Below, piece after piece: positions 1 to 13,250 of a stretch of 64,000 nt of DNA. The stretch lies in assembly GCA_951406725.2 (NCBI GenBank), contig OX597828.1, positions 25,916,001 through 25,980,000 of the forward strand, in the 5' to 3' direction. The position numbers and the translations under genes were made by a program. Positions within the stretch are counted from its first letter, which is position 1; each line of letters opens with the position of its first letter. The stretch comes from Octopus vulgaris (lineage: Eukaryota). The notes below the pieces were generated by a model. That model was not told where the DNA came from. It saw only the letters and a program-made list of their open reading frames with translations, and ran no database searches.

Positions 1-14
1 GCTTTGTATGTGTT

Positions 15-45
<31 letters not shown>

Positions 46-197
46 ATGCATATGTGTATATATATGTATGTTTATATATGTTCCTATATATACATATATA
101 TGCACATATGCATGTATACATATACACGCACACACATATGTATGTACTTATGTATGTATGTGGTGTGAGTATATATATATATATTTATATATATATG

Positions 198-395
198 TAA
201 TCAATCCTCCAAAACGAAGAAAGAACACAAGAGAAAACAACAACGCGAGAATGTGGTACATGCAAAGTATTAACAGACGCTCAGGAAGGGAAACAAAGGT
301 AGTTTTTACGCTTCGAGCAAGGCTCTTCTTCAGAAACAGGAGACAGAGGAAAGTCCAAGAGAAAAGGAAGACGGAGGAAAAAATCGCCAACGATT
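198..395 (-). mobile_element. Solo Penelope-like pLTR fragment with minimal hammerhead motif
   Basis: Starts at a (TA)n tract. Minus strand 301-337 reads UUU-CUGAAGA-A-GAGC-CUU-GCUC-GAAG-CGUA-AAA. Similar to the 3' end of the PLE at 56770-56960 and to 45013-45177. Confidence 0.65.
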
Positions 396-450
396 CACAT
401 GTAGATACATTTTGAAATATAAATGAAAAAATAAATATATATATGTGTGA

Positions 451-483
<33 letters not shown>

Positions 484-598
484 GTCAGACTTGGTAACTT
501 CGGGTTTCATGTCATCGAGCAGAATTCGATTCCGAAGATAGGACATGTAAAATTGGAGGTTAAAGATTAATATACCAATATGTATATTAATGATATAA

Positions 599-655
<57 letters not shown>

Positions 656-808
656 TGCATAAATATTATATCAATAAATATATTAGCAACTTTTATAAAT
701 CAATATATATAAAAACAAATATATTATGAAACATTACTTTCGGTCTTCCTCTGTGTGTGTGTGTTTGTGTATGTATATTTGTGTGCGGTGCATAGAGAGA
801 GAGAGAGA

Positions 809-842
<34 letters not shown>

Positions 843-1104
843 ATGACGGGAAAAGTCAGAGACAAAGTAGGAGGTGTGCTGGTATGTACGTCTGTATGTG
901 TATGTGTGTGCGTGTGTGTGTATATATATATATCTATATATCACTTAAAGAAATTCCAGCTTTGAATTCCGCGTTTTATTTACAATCCTATAATAATATT
1001 GTAAAGATTGTTATAAGTTTGTAAATAAAACGTGAAAATCAGACAAAGATGGAATTTCTTGAGTAATATATTCTTCTATAAACAATCATACACACCCGTG
1101 TCTT

Positions 1105-1136
<32 letters not shown>

Positions 1137-1195
1137 TACATATATATATATATATATATATGCATGAATGTATGTATGTATATATGTATGTATAT

Positions 1196-1830
1196 AAAGG
1201 AATGCAAGAAATAGGACAAGAAAACAAAACATCCACACATGATACAAAAAGGGAACAAGAAAAAACAAGGACGGGTCATTCGGAGTTTTCTGCCCTCAGT
1301 CGAGTTCCAGATTATCTTTGCAATTTCGGCTAGTTATACTCGAGATTGCTCCAATCTGGCCATCCCCAAGGAAAAACTAAGCTAAGAGCACTAGATTCCT
1401 TGGAAGAAAGCAGAAAAATTATGCGAAAACAAGGACGAAAATAAAACGGAGAAATGGTACACAAATACAATTGCAAATAACAGGACATTAGCAACAGGTG
1501 TCTTTCGACTATGGACGAATTAAATTAAGCTGGCGAGTGTGGAAGTGAAGTTTTATGGTAGGGACATAAGAGATGACAGGCATAGGGAGGAATATAGATG
1601 TTGCACGGATGGTAGTTGAACCAAGAAAGAAAGGTCAGGCTTGGAGGAACACCGGTCATTTGGAAGGCGTGGAGAGAGACAGAGGCAGAGGGATAGGGGA
1701 ATTAGGGAGGGATGAGAAAAAAGAAAAGGGACAGAGTGAAGTAAAAAAGGGGGAAAGGTGGGAAATGTAAGAGATGTGGAACGAAAGAAAGAAGAGTGAA
1801 AAGTACGAGGTGTGAAGGGGCTGATAGAAA
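1196..1830. repeat. Unclassified insert between TA-rich tracts, possibly a retroelement 3' end
   Basis: Complex sequence followed by a purine-rich tract, similar in layout to the PLE 3' region at 56.8-57.7 kb. No protein motif recognised. Confidence 0.3.
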
Positions 1831-1942
1831 GAAAGAACGAAAGAGTCTGGATGTTTTGCGTTCTTGTTCCACTTTTTGTATTCCTTTTTATATACATATG
1901 GCAGCGTACGTACACCTTGGTTTCTCTCTCTTTCTCTCTCTT

Positions 1943-2026
<84 letters not shown>

Positions 2027-2350
2027 CGAAACACGGAGTAGTCGAAGCAGGGGCAGCTGTAGAAGGGGAATATTCCTTGTGTTGTATGTCTTGTACTCTG
2101 TTTTTTCGTTGTTTGAAAAAAAGTTCATTTCTTTGTTTTTGTTTCTATGTTTTCGTTTCTCATTGTGTTCTACGTTTTTTGGTGTCCTGTACCCATATAT
2201 GGATGTATATATACATATAGATGTAGGTATGTACATATATGTATGTATATATGCATATGTTTTATTTACTATTTTGTTATTATATATCGAACGCCACGCA
2301 TCCAGTTCCAAGTAAGTTTTATCTCTCTATATATAATATACATATATGCG

Positions 2351-2435
<85 letters not shown>

Positions 2436-2680
2436 GTGGATGTGTGTGTGTGTGGATGTTACAAAAGGAAAATAGAAACTACACGTGGAAATGTAAGGGG
2501 AAAGAAAAAAAGATAAGCGAAAATGCACATTAAAGGCTTTTTTATGAGAAGTAACGATACATATATACAATTAGATGAAGTGAGGTAGGAATAAAAGTAA
2601 TAAAAGTTATTGTGAATTGTTAGAGAGATTCAAAAGCATACCGGTTTCGTAAATTACTGATCACTGTTTTGAATGCGCAC

Positions 2681-2946
2681 CGATTACCGAACAGTGTCGA
2701 GTAAATATATACATTTTTTTTTATTAAAGGTACAAAAACATCCCTGTGACTAAATTGAAACTGTGACTCAGAGTTTCACGTTTCCGTTCGTGGGAAAGTT
2801 GTGATCAAGGTTGCAGTCACTGCAGTCAAGACTTCAGTCTTGATCACAACTGTCCCACAACGGGAACGGGAAGCTCTGAGTCAGTTTTTTATTATGCTTT
2901 TTCACCTTTTATAAAAAAAAGTATATTACTCAACCCTCGGTAATCG
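2681..2946. repeat. Imperfect foldback (inverted repeat), arms ~130 bp
   Basis: cgattaccga...gactcagagtttc...gttgtgatcaag is mirrored by cttgatcacaac...gaagctctgagtc...tcggtaatcg. Confidence 0.8.
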
Positions 2947-3062
2947 AGTAGTATTTTCCCACGTTTTGCATCTGTGTGCTTACACGTGTATATATATACA
3001 TATATATATATATATATTCTTCGCGTTCTTGTTTATTTGTGCTTCTTCTTTTGGGGATTTTC

Positions 3063-3117
<55 letters not shown>

Positions 3118-3194
3118 ATAAATATTAGGGAATAAATCCAAATTTACAGGGAAAAATCAGATTTAGGATTGAATCTAATTTTATAGTAAAAATT

Positions 3195-3492
3195 TATATA
3201 ATATTAATTAGAGACAAAACCACTATTTTGCAAATCAAACAAAGAAAGACTTAATCCAATACATAAAAAAATTTAATATAAATTAAATAAAATTAAATTC
3301 ACCACTACAATTGTTTCATGTCTCTTCTAAGGACATTCATCAGGTGGATTTCAGACCTGATGAATGTCCTTAGAAGAGACATGAAACAATTGTAGTGGCG
3401 AATTTAATTTTATTTAATTTATATTAAATTTTTTTATGTATTGGATTAAGTCTTTCTTTGTTTGATTTGCAAAATAGTGGTTTTGTCTCTAA

Positions 3493-3506
<14 letters not shown>
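3195..3506. repeat. Near-perfect palindrome (~150-bp arms) with a hammerhead core in each arm
   Basis: The left arm 3195-3345 is the reverse complement of 3355-3506. The right end runs directly into (TA)n. Confidence 0.92.
3302..3347 (-). ncRNA. Minimal type I hammerhead ribozyme
   Basis: CCAC-CUGAUGA-AUGUC-CUUAGAAGA-GACAU-GAAA-CAAUUG-UA/GUGG: intact core, 4-bp stem I, 5-bp stem II, palindromic stem III (ACAAUUGU), GUA cleavage triplet. Confidence 0.8.
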
Positions 3507-3581
<75 letters not shown>

Positions 3582-3592
3582 GACATATATAT

Positions 3593-3651
<59 letters not shown>

Positions 3652-4294
3652 TACACACATTTATATGTATATACTTATACACACACATATATATGTATAG
3701 ATATATACCCAAATACATACATATATATACTCCATATAAGCATATACACATGTACACACACATATATTTATGTGCATACCATGTCATAGAGGATACGGAC
3801 AATATCTTTTATATACATGTGCACACACATACACACATACATAACACACATATGCACACATTAACACATACACACACGATGTCACATAGAGTGCCACACA
3901 CACACATACACATACATAAAAAGAACCACGCTCACACATACTTCAAAGGTAATACATGTGAGCAAGCTGATCACCGAATCGGTTAAGATGGGACGGCTTT
4001 CGTCCACTCGGTGAAACAAAGATGTTGACATCAAATTTGACATTATAACCTCGGGGCGAACATTCGCCAAGCTCCATTGTAAGAGTGCACCGACCAGCCG
4101 GTCCCAACGCCTTCACTACACCAATGAAGAAGACCAAATATTGAGCATTGCGTTTGGACACAATAGTCTAGTTACTAGCACTGACTTGCTAGAAGACTAA
4201 AAATAGATTTTTTTTTACTTATTTGTTTCGCTTCAGTTGCTTCAGTCTCTGAAAGTGTTGCAGACATTACAACAAAGATTATTAGTAAGATTTT

Positions 4295-4462
4295 CAGCCG
4301 AAGTAAAGTACAAATGTCTGCTAATACAAGCCGTACTGAAATACAAATGTCGACTAATATTCAACCGTATTAAGGTCCTAGTGCGTACTAATACACAACC
4401 GAACGAAAATACAGATGTGTACTATATACAACGGCCGCTAAAGTACAAATATGTATATATAC
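4295..4462. repeat. Degenerate ~33-bp minisatellite, about 5 units
   Basis: Recurring ccg-nac-taaa-gtacaaatgt-nn-actaata motif. Confidence 0.65.
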
Positions 4463-4587
4463 CAATAAACATATTAGTTGCTTTTTTTTAATCATTCCAT
4501 TTAATATAAATCCCTACGCTTAGTGTTTGTCTTCGTATCGTACCCTCATCTATGTACCCCAGGGGATAAATATAAGAAATCATTATT

Positions 4588-4797
4588 AGGCAGAGACTAC
4601 AGAGGCCTTAACGCGTCGCACAAAATGCTTACGGTTATTTCTTCCGATTCTTTACGTCCTAAGTTCAAATTTTACCTTGGTCGACTTTGCCTTTCTTTCT
4701 TTCGGGATCAATAAAATATGTACCAGTGGAGCACTGGGTGTCCATCTAATCGACTACCCCCTCCAAACTTTCAGGCCTTGTGCCTATAGTAGAAAGG
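4588..4797 (+). mobile_element. Diverged tRNA-derived SINE, family A
   Basis: aagttcaaatt (B-box-like) followed by gtcgactttgcctttc...gtaccag and a ggccttgtgcctatagtagaaagg tail running into (TAT)n. Confidence 0.7.
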
Positions 4798-5332
<535 letters not shown>

Positions 5333-5364
5333 TTGCCTTTGCACAGCTTCTAACGCTGGAGGTG

Positions 5365-6052
5365 TAACTGGCTTTTGCTCTGCATTTGTACAAGTTGACT
5401 CCAAGTTTCACACAGAGACCTCAAGAGACAGCAAATTAGAAGTTCAAGCTGGTGTTATGACTAAGGTGCCTTATATATTTGGTCTTGCACAGAGTATTGT
5501 CCTAGCGAATGTCTGTCAAAATATAAGTAAATTAGAAGTTTGTCTTTAAAGTAATTTGATTATAAGATAATTGTGTAACGTTAAGATGGGAGTAAAAAGT
5601 GTTTGCTGTTACGTACATTTAAATGTATTTTACGAATTAAAATGCTTTGGGGATTACGTAGACACTATTTTACGTTGGATATGGGCAGTTCTCATGGACA
5701 CTATTGTTTGAATTTCTTCCATTTTTGAATTTCCTGGTATCTGAGCTACGTCGCAAGCAGCCCCTTTCGATAATTCGTAGGGCACCTATTGCTTTAGTCT
5801 TGAAGTTCCACATTTTGCCAATTTCTATTTCAAGATCTTTATACTTGCGCAACTTTTGGTAGGCCCTGGCAGATACATTTCTGTCGATTGGGACAATCAT
5901 ATCGATGAGGAGAAGTGATTATTGTCTGAATTCCTTCAATATAATGTCTGACCTATTTGCATCTATTTTTCTGTCAGTTTGAACAGTGAAGTTCCAAAGG
6001 AGTGGACCTGCCTCATGATAAAAGCTGGTGGGAACACAAACCACCAACAGTG
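5365..6052 (-). mobile_element. R4/Dong-type non-LTR retrotransposon 3' fragment (RLE endonuclease remnant + 3' UTR)
   Basis: MIVPIDRNVSARAYQKLRKYKDLEIEIGKMWNFK...IGAL. Homologous to 26051-26611. Flanked by (TAA)n tracts. Confidence 0.8.
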
Positions 6053-6083
6053 CTTTTTATTATTATTATTAATATTATTATTA

Positions 6084-6181
<98 letters not shown>

Positions 6182-6183
6182 TA

Positions 6184-6401
6184 AGGCGGCGAGCTGGCAG
6201 AACCGTTAGCACGCCGGGAGAAATGAGAAATGCTTAGCGGTATTGCACCCGTCGCTAGTTCTGGGTTCAAATTCCGCCGAGATCGACTTTGCCTTTCATC
6301 CTTTCAGGGTCAATAAATTATGTACCAGTTGAACATTGGGGTTGATGTAATCGACACATCCCCTCCCCCAAAATGGCTGCTCTTGTGGCAAAATTTGAAA
6401 C

Positions 6402-6402
<1 letters not shown>
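6184..6402 (+). mobile_element. tRNA-derived SINE, family A
   Basis: ggcggcgagctggcagaa head, ggttcaaattcc B box, gactttgcctttcatcctt core. Confidence 0.85.
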
Positions 6403-6449
<47 letters not shown>

Positions 6450-6494
6450 ACACACACAATTGCCTCTCTCTCTCTCTATATATATATATATAGT

Positions 6495-7382
6495 AACCGG
6501 AAACTATCTCTGTGGGACAAGCCGTGGTAGTTCGAGCTTCCGCTGCCAGAAGCAACTTGATGCAACCCTCAAGCATCAGTCTACCGACAGGCGTCATCGT
6601 GAGAAGTCCTACTGTCACGTGGTGCGTCTTTGTTTTGTAGTATTTCTCCTCTGTTCGTCGATTTTTGCGATGGCTGAAACAAAGAAACAGCGCGCTTCCG
6701 TGAAATTCTGTTTCCTGCTGGGGAAAACGGCGGCCGAAACGGTTGTCATGCTTCAAACAGCTTACAAGGACGCTGCCATGAACAAAACACAAGTTTACGG
6801 GTGGTTTTCACCCTTTAGGAATGGTCACTTGTCGCTTGAAGACCAACCTCTTTTAGGGTGACTGTCGACCTCCCGAAAGAATGGAAACATCCTGAAAATT
6901 CATAAACTGGTCTTGGAGGACCGTCACTGGACAACTGATGCTCTTGTTCTTATAATTAGTGTCCTGAAGCTCCTGCCAACCAATTTTGCTTGATGAATTG
7001 CGAATGAAAAGGGTTGCAGCAAAATTTGTGCCTCGCTTGCTCACGGAAGATTAAAAGCGGTCACGACTGAATGCGTGTCGTGAACTGAAAGAACAGTTGG
7101 AAATTGATCCGAACCTTTTTTCGGATGTCATCACTGATGACGAAAGCTGGTGCTGCAGAATTTGCAGATGTGGAAGAGGTGGAGAGAAAAAATAGACGGA
7201 GGCGTTAAAAGGCATCACTTTGCAAGAGTTCCAACGCTGCTTCGAAGAGTGGAAAACGTGTCTGGACTGAGGCATTGCTTCAAATGGAGAATTCTTTGAA
7301 GATGATAAAAGTGTAAACCTGTAAAACTTAGTGACTAAAATAATATTGCAAAATTCCGGTTTCTTTTGGGTACCCCCACGTA
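6495..7382 (+). mobile_element. Mariner transposon remnant, internally deleted
   Basis: MAETKKQRASVKFCFLLGKTAAETVVMLQTAY...VYGWF N-terminal HTH; AKFVPRLL and ITDDESW remnants; TIR-like right end ttccggtttcttttgggtaccccc-acg-TA. Confidence 0.85.
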
Positions 7383-7589
7383 TAATACATATGTGAAGCA
7401 GTCAGATACTGTTGTAGGTAAACAGAAGCATTCGTAGATAAACTGATGAACAGAAGTTACACAGAAACCTACACAAACAAATAAATTCACACTCAAACAC
7501 GGCTTATGTGTCCTGCTTATCTGTCTATTCATTTCAAGTGTCTGTCCCTATATAGTTGTATGGATACGTGAGTGTGCGTATATGTACGT

Positions 7590-7638
7590 ATGTGCGCGGA
7601 CGTATATGTATGTATGTGTGTGTGTGTGTGTGTGTGTT

Positions 7639-7691
<53 letters not shown>

Positions 7692-7728
7692 GTGTTTGTG
7701 TGTGTGTGTATTTGTGTGTGTGTGTGTG

Positions 7729-7768
<40 letters not shown>

Positions 7769-7784
7769 TGTGTGTGTGCGTTTG

Positions 7785-7817
<33 letters not shown>

Positions 7818-7850
7818 TGTGTGTGTGTGTGTGTGTTTGTGTGTTTGTGC

Positions 7851-7898
<48 letters not shown>
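7590..7898. repeat. (TG)n microsatellite
   Basis: Read directly from the sequence. Confidence 0.97.
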
Positions 7899-7902
<4 letters not shown>

Positions 7903-8135
7903 TGTCTGTTTACTTCGTCCTTTTCGTTTTCCTCTTCAATTTCTCTTATCAATATTTCGCCCTCTTTTATCTCCAGACTTTCCTCACCAATTCTTTATTT
8001 ACATTCCATTCTTCTCTCATTTTATTACTTCCGAACTCCATCAATTTTACTTCGAGCCATTCTCATTGTCTTTCGTTTCGTTCCGTCCACCCCCATTTCC
8101 CTATCTCCCTCTCCCTCTCTCTCTGTCACTCCCCG

Positions 8136-8168
<33 letters not shown>

Positions 8169-8245
8169 TCCTCTCCCTCTCTTTTTTTCTCTTTCTTTCG
8201 CTTCCTCACTCATTTACTCGCCTTCCTCTCTCTCTCCCTCCCTCA

Positions 8246-8285
<40 letters not shown>

Positions 8286-8463
8286 GCCTAACAGAATCAT
8301 TTGTCTTTCTTTTCTTTTTTTTCTTTCCCTTATGCTTTCTTCTCCTTTCATTCATATATCATTCTTTCACCACATAAGCTGTTATTCCCCCTAACCCTGA
8401 CTCCCATTTCTAAAAAAAAAAAAACGTGTCTCTTTCTTTCTTCTTTCCTTTCTTTCTTTCTTC

Positions 8464-8502
<39 letters not shown>

Positions 8503-9007
8503 TGTGCACACCTCAAACAAATCATTCCGAACAATACTTTTCCTTCGCAACACAACAAACCCTTCACAAATGCCACACCCATAAGCACGCCTTTCCTTTC
8601 AATAAACTAACCTGGCTTCGTTGTTCCATTGTCATTGTTGCTTTTTTTTTATGTTTCTGCTCTGTTGACTCTTGTCGACGGAGACGGCCAGCCATGGCCA
8701 ACTTGTAAACATATTTGATTATTCTCAAATATCAAAACTTAAAAGCCACCGCCTAAAACATGCAACAAATGGCGTTTCCCACCGACGCCTTTAAACGATC
8801 GCTCGACCTGTTAAAATTACAAGCCAAACCTCTGTGATGTCATTGCTTACTATCTTAGACATGGTAGCACACGTTGGATAGTTGGGAAAATGACAGGGTG
8901 GCCACGATTGGAATGCCTGTGGTTACAGGGGATTATAGATCTGCTGGATCAAGACTGACTGAAGGCTAAACTACAACAGCGACAACAGCCACAGCAGCAA
9001 CCATAGT

Positions 9008-9335
9008 GGAGGCGCAATGGCCCAGTGGTTAGGGCAGCAGACTAGCGGTCGGAGGATTGCGGTTTCGATTCCCAGACCGGGTGTTGTGTGTGTTTATTGA
9101 GCGAAGACACCTAAAGCTCCACGAGGCTCCAACTTTCTCTCACTCTTTCTTCCTGTTTCTTGTCCCTGACTTCCTACGCAACCGCTGAGCCTGGATGCGC
9201 ATTCATCCATCCGTCGATGCTCTCGATGTCGGGGGTTGACCTGCTTTCTCTTCTGTGGGTCTTACGAATAGCAAAGGACCACGTTTCGGACTTCTCCCAT
9301 CTTGCGAGCTCTGGGACGAAGACTGTTCTCTCAAC
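9008..9335 (+). mobile_element. tRNA-derived SINE, family C
   Basis: tggcccagtggttag A box, ggtttcgattccc B box, then gagcgaagacacctaa. Homologous to 62238-62520. Confidence 0.75.
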
Positions 9336-9454
9336 AGCAACAGCAGCAACCATATCATCATTAACAACAATAACAACAAGTAGCGTTCGACGGAGACTCT
9401 ACTTAGTTGCAAGAAATAGCAGCCGAATATTCTTCAAATATTCTTCAAAGCAGT

Positions 9455-9905
9455 TTTTGAGGGGAGGGGAAAGTCGATTACATCGACCCCATTACTACAC
9501 TGGTACTTATTTTGTCCGAAAGGAAAAGGATGAAAGGCAAAGTCGAGCTCGGTGGAAACTGAAATCAGAGCGTTAAGGCGGGTGAAATGCAGCTAAACAT
9601 TTTGTTCGGCATGCTAACGATTCTCCCAACTCACCGCCATGAAGGAGATTTAATAACACAGAAACATAACCTTCGCTTTGGTCATTTAACTCCAAAGAAA
9701 CATCTACTCCCTTCTGCACTGTCTGGATTTTATTTTTGCCGAAACGCTAGGTTACGGAGACACAAAGCTCCATCTTAACGTTCTGAGTTCAAATTCCACC
9801 GAGATCGGCTTTGCCTTTCATCCTTTCGGGGTTGAACGTAAGGGTCAATATAATCAACTTATTCCTCCCCTAAAATTGCTGGTCTAGTGCCGAAATTTGA
9901 AACCA
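9455..9905. mobile_element. Two diverged family-A SINE copies in opposite orientation
   Basis: ggatgaaaggcaaagtcg (minus copy, ~9455-9640) and ttctgagttcaaattccaccgag...gcctttcatcctttcgggg (plus copy, ~9780-9905). Confidence 0.7.
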
Positions 9906-9934
9906 TTATTTATATGTATATGTTAGGCTGTATG

Positions 9935-10028
<94 letters not shown>

Positions 10029-10461
10029 CTTTACTCAGGAGGAAAGGAATATGGTCATGGTTAGTGCAGATCCTCTGTATGTATACACATACTCACATAT
10101 ATATGCACATAAATATACTTGTATATATATACATACACACAATACACATAAGTCCAAGACTTAAGAAATAAATAAGCACGGGTTGATTTGTTCGAGTAAT
10201 TTCTTTCGAAGGACGGCGACCCGGCGCAGTTTGTAGTTCAATGACTGAAATGAGATAGAAATGAAAAGCCTTGCATTTCAGTAGAAATATGGCAAGAAAA
10301 GGGTTGCGGCCAAGTGCGTTGGATATGCTTCACCAATAAGATCTTAGAAGACCTAAACATGTCTGTTAAAAAATTTCCTGCGGTATTAGAGACGAGATGC
10401 CTTTCTGATTGCATTGTTCTATGAGTTAATAAATAAATAAATAAATAAATAAATAAATATA

Positions 10462-10604
10462 AGAGGTTTGTTTCCGAACTACATGGTTCCGGGTCGAATC
10501 CACTGCGTGGCATCTTCATCGTCTGTATAGCCTCGGGCCGACCAAAGCGTAGTGAGTGGATTTGTTTAACGGAAACTGAAAGAAGCTTGTCGTATTTGTG
10601 TGCG

Positions 10605-10660
<56 letters not shown>

Positions 10661-10900
10661 TGTGCGTGTGCGTGTGCGTGCGTGTCTTTGTGTCTGCGCT
10701 GCTCTCCCACCCCCTTGACAACGTATGCTGGTGTACTTACGTCCCCGTAACCTAGCTTTTCGGCAAAAGGGGAGCGATAGAATAATTAACACGCGCAAAA
10801 AAATAGAAATGAATAGTGGGGGGTCGACTCGTTCGATTAAAATTCTTCAACACAGTGCTCCAGCATGAGCGCAGTTTAATGATACTAAAATAAAAGATAA
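10462..10900 (+). mobile_element. tRNA-derived SINE, family B (internal TG tract)
   Basis: ggttccgggtcgaatcccactgcgtggca...ggaaactgaaagaag-(TG)n-ttgacaac...acgtccccgtaac...ggggtcga...gtgctccagcatg. Confidence 0.75.
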
Positions 10901-11826
10901 AAAATAAAATAAATAAAATGGATTGGACGATATTGTTGAACTTATAACCCCTGGTTGCTGCTTTAACTTATTAAACGCCCCTTAGGGAATTGTTTGGAAG
11001 GATAATGGCATGGAAAATCTCAGATAATTAAAATGTTTCGTCTCATTATACTACAGTTGCTGGAAGTATTCCGTTGTGGCATCTAAACCGGAACCATGTG
11101 ACTGCAAAGCGAACGTCTTAAGAGAAACTGTATTTACCACGGTACAGTTTCGTTCCATATAAATCCGAAATTGTTTTACTTCACAGAATGATCTATATTT
11201 TTATACAGCGTTAATTTATAAGCGTTATGGCGCGTAACATAATTTCTTCCGAAGACTAATATACAAATCTATATCACCAGGTGATTTGTTATAGATATTG
11301 ACAGATATATAAATAAATTCACTGCGATATTATATATGATTATGACTATAGGAACTGTGATTTAGCTAGATCTAAACTTCTCAATATTACAGACGTAAGA
11401 CTTAAATTTTTCTTGGAGAAATTTTGACCAAAAATTATTTTAGAGCAAGTCTAAAATAATTTATTCGTATAAGACACATCGAAACTCTGGCTCTTTACGC
11501 TCTTTTACCATTATTCAACAGACCATAAGTGCGCCTAAATTTGTCAATGAAATTTCATTTAAAATGACCGATGTCAAACGTATAATGGTGAAATCTCCCT
11601 TCTTTGCAATCTCTCTCTAATATACACAAACATTCACATAATATACATACGAAATAAACACACACACACATGTATGTATGTGTGTATCATACAAACGTAG
11701 ACATACATATACATATATACATGTATACATATATACATTCATATACATACACATAATATATATATATATATGTTTATATATACATATACATACATTACAT
11801 ACATATATATATTCATATATATATAT

Positions 11827-11899
<73 letters not shown>

Positions 11900-11947
11900 A
11901 ACGTGCTGGACCTATATATATATATATATATATATGTATAACGTGCT

Positions 11948-11984
<37 letters not shown>

Positions 11985-12951
11985 TCCAGCACGTTTGAGT
12001 CACGTATTTCCATTAGATGAGTAGTTTCCATTTCCGCAACTGTGTTCACCTTCTCTCACATCCGCCATTATTTCAGCAGCGCAATAAATTCACAGCTTCT
12101 ATTATCTCTCGACCGGAAGTGACGACAGGACACAACGATTTATTTGCATGACGTACTTTTGGGTTGTTTGAAATCGGTGAATATAACGGATAACACACTT
12201 TTTTTTTTTTTTCCATTTCTTTGTGTCCTATTGAAAATAACTCTGATACTAAAAGGAAACAGGTAAACCCTAACTTTATTCGATCTATATGTCAAATTTA
12301 AACGTAGAAATCTCTCTGTAAGAGTAAGATTGTGTTGTGTGACCGACCAAATCGGTTGCAGATATTCTGTAGCTTATTTGGACAAGACACTTAATTCCAT
12401 GCGCTTCGGCTCACCTAGTTGTTCTTCTGAAATATGTACCAAACTTATGAATGTTATCTGTCTTATATTGGTGTTCTATCCAGAGCGAGATTCCTTTCTG
12501 CTTTGCTTGTTTCCTACGGAGAAAAAGCTTTTATGTAAGTCGTGGGTAAACTGAGGCTCGTGGGACTTTCTCAGTGGGATATCTAACGAAAAATTACCTT
12601 GATGATGAGCCATGTCTCATGCGGCCCGCTTCTCCAGAAAGGCTGCTCATACTAGTTCTATGTTTTTGTTCGTTCTGTTAGAAATAGCAGTCAAATTTTC
12701 TTCAAATCACACCGGTTTTGATAAATTATATACGTGTGTGTGTTTGTGTGTGTGTGTGTACGTGCGTGTGCGTGTGTGTGTATATGTGTGTGTGTGTGTG
12801 CGCGCGCGTGTGTAATTTCTTTACTCAGGAGGAAAGGAATATGGTCATGGTTAGTGCAGATCATCTGTATGTATACACATATGTGAATACATACACACAC
12901 ACACATATATAAGTATATTTATGTATATATATATAAGTATATTTATGCATG

Positions 12952-13006
<55 letters not shown>

Positions 13007-13056
13007 TATGCATATATATATAAGTATATTTATATGTATATATATATATATATATA

Positions 13057-13250
13057 GCACGCCGGGCGAAATACTTAGTGGTGTTTCGTATTTCGTCTGG
13101 CTTTGCGTTATGAATTCAAATTCCACTGAGGTCGACTTTGCCTTTCATCCTTTCGGGGTCGATAAAGCAAGTACCAGTTGCGTACTGGGGATCGATGTAA
13201 TTGACTGGCCCCCTCCCCCATAATTTCGGGCCTTGTGCCTAGAGTAGAAA
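13057..13250 (+). mobile_element. tRNA-derived SINE, family A, 5'-truncated
   Basis: agcacgccgggcgaaa...gaggtcgactttgcctttcatcctttcggggtcgataaa...gccttgtgcctagagtagaaaag. Confidence 0.85.

Noticed and set aside
485-560. Half hammerhead on the minus strand (CAUGUC...GACAU-GAAAC)
   Set aside because: There is no CUGANGA upstream and no stem I.
3940-4195. Complex segment with short ORFs
   Set aside because: No recognisable domain or convincing splice sites.
4295-4462. CRISPR-like periodicity
   Set aside because: No unique spacers, degenerate units, eukaryotic context and no cas genes.
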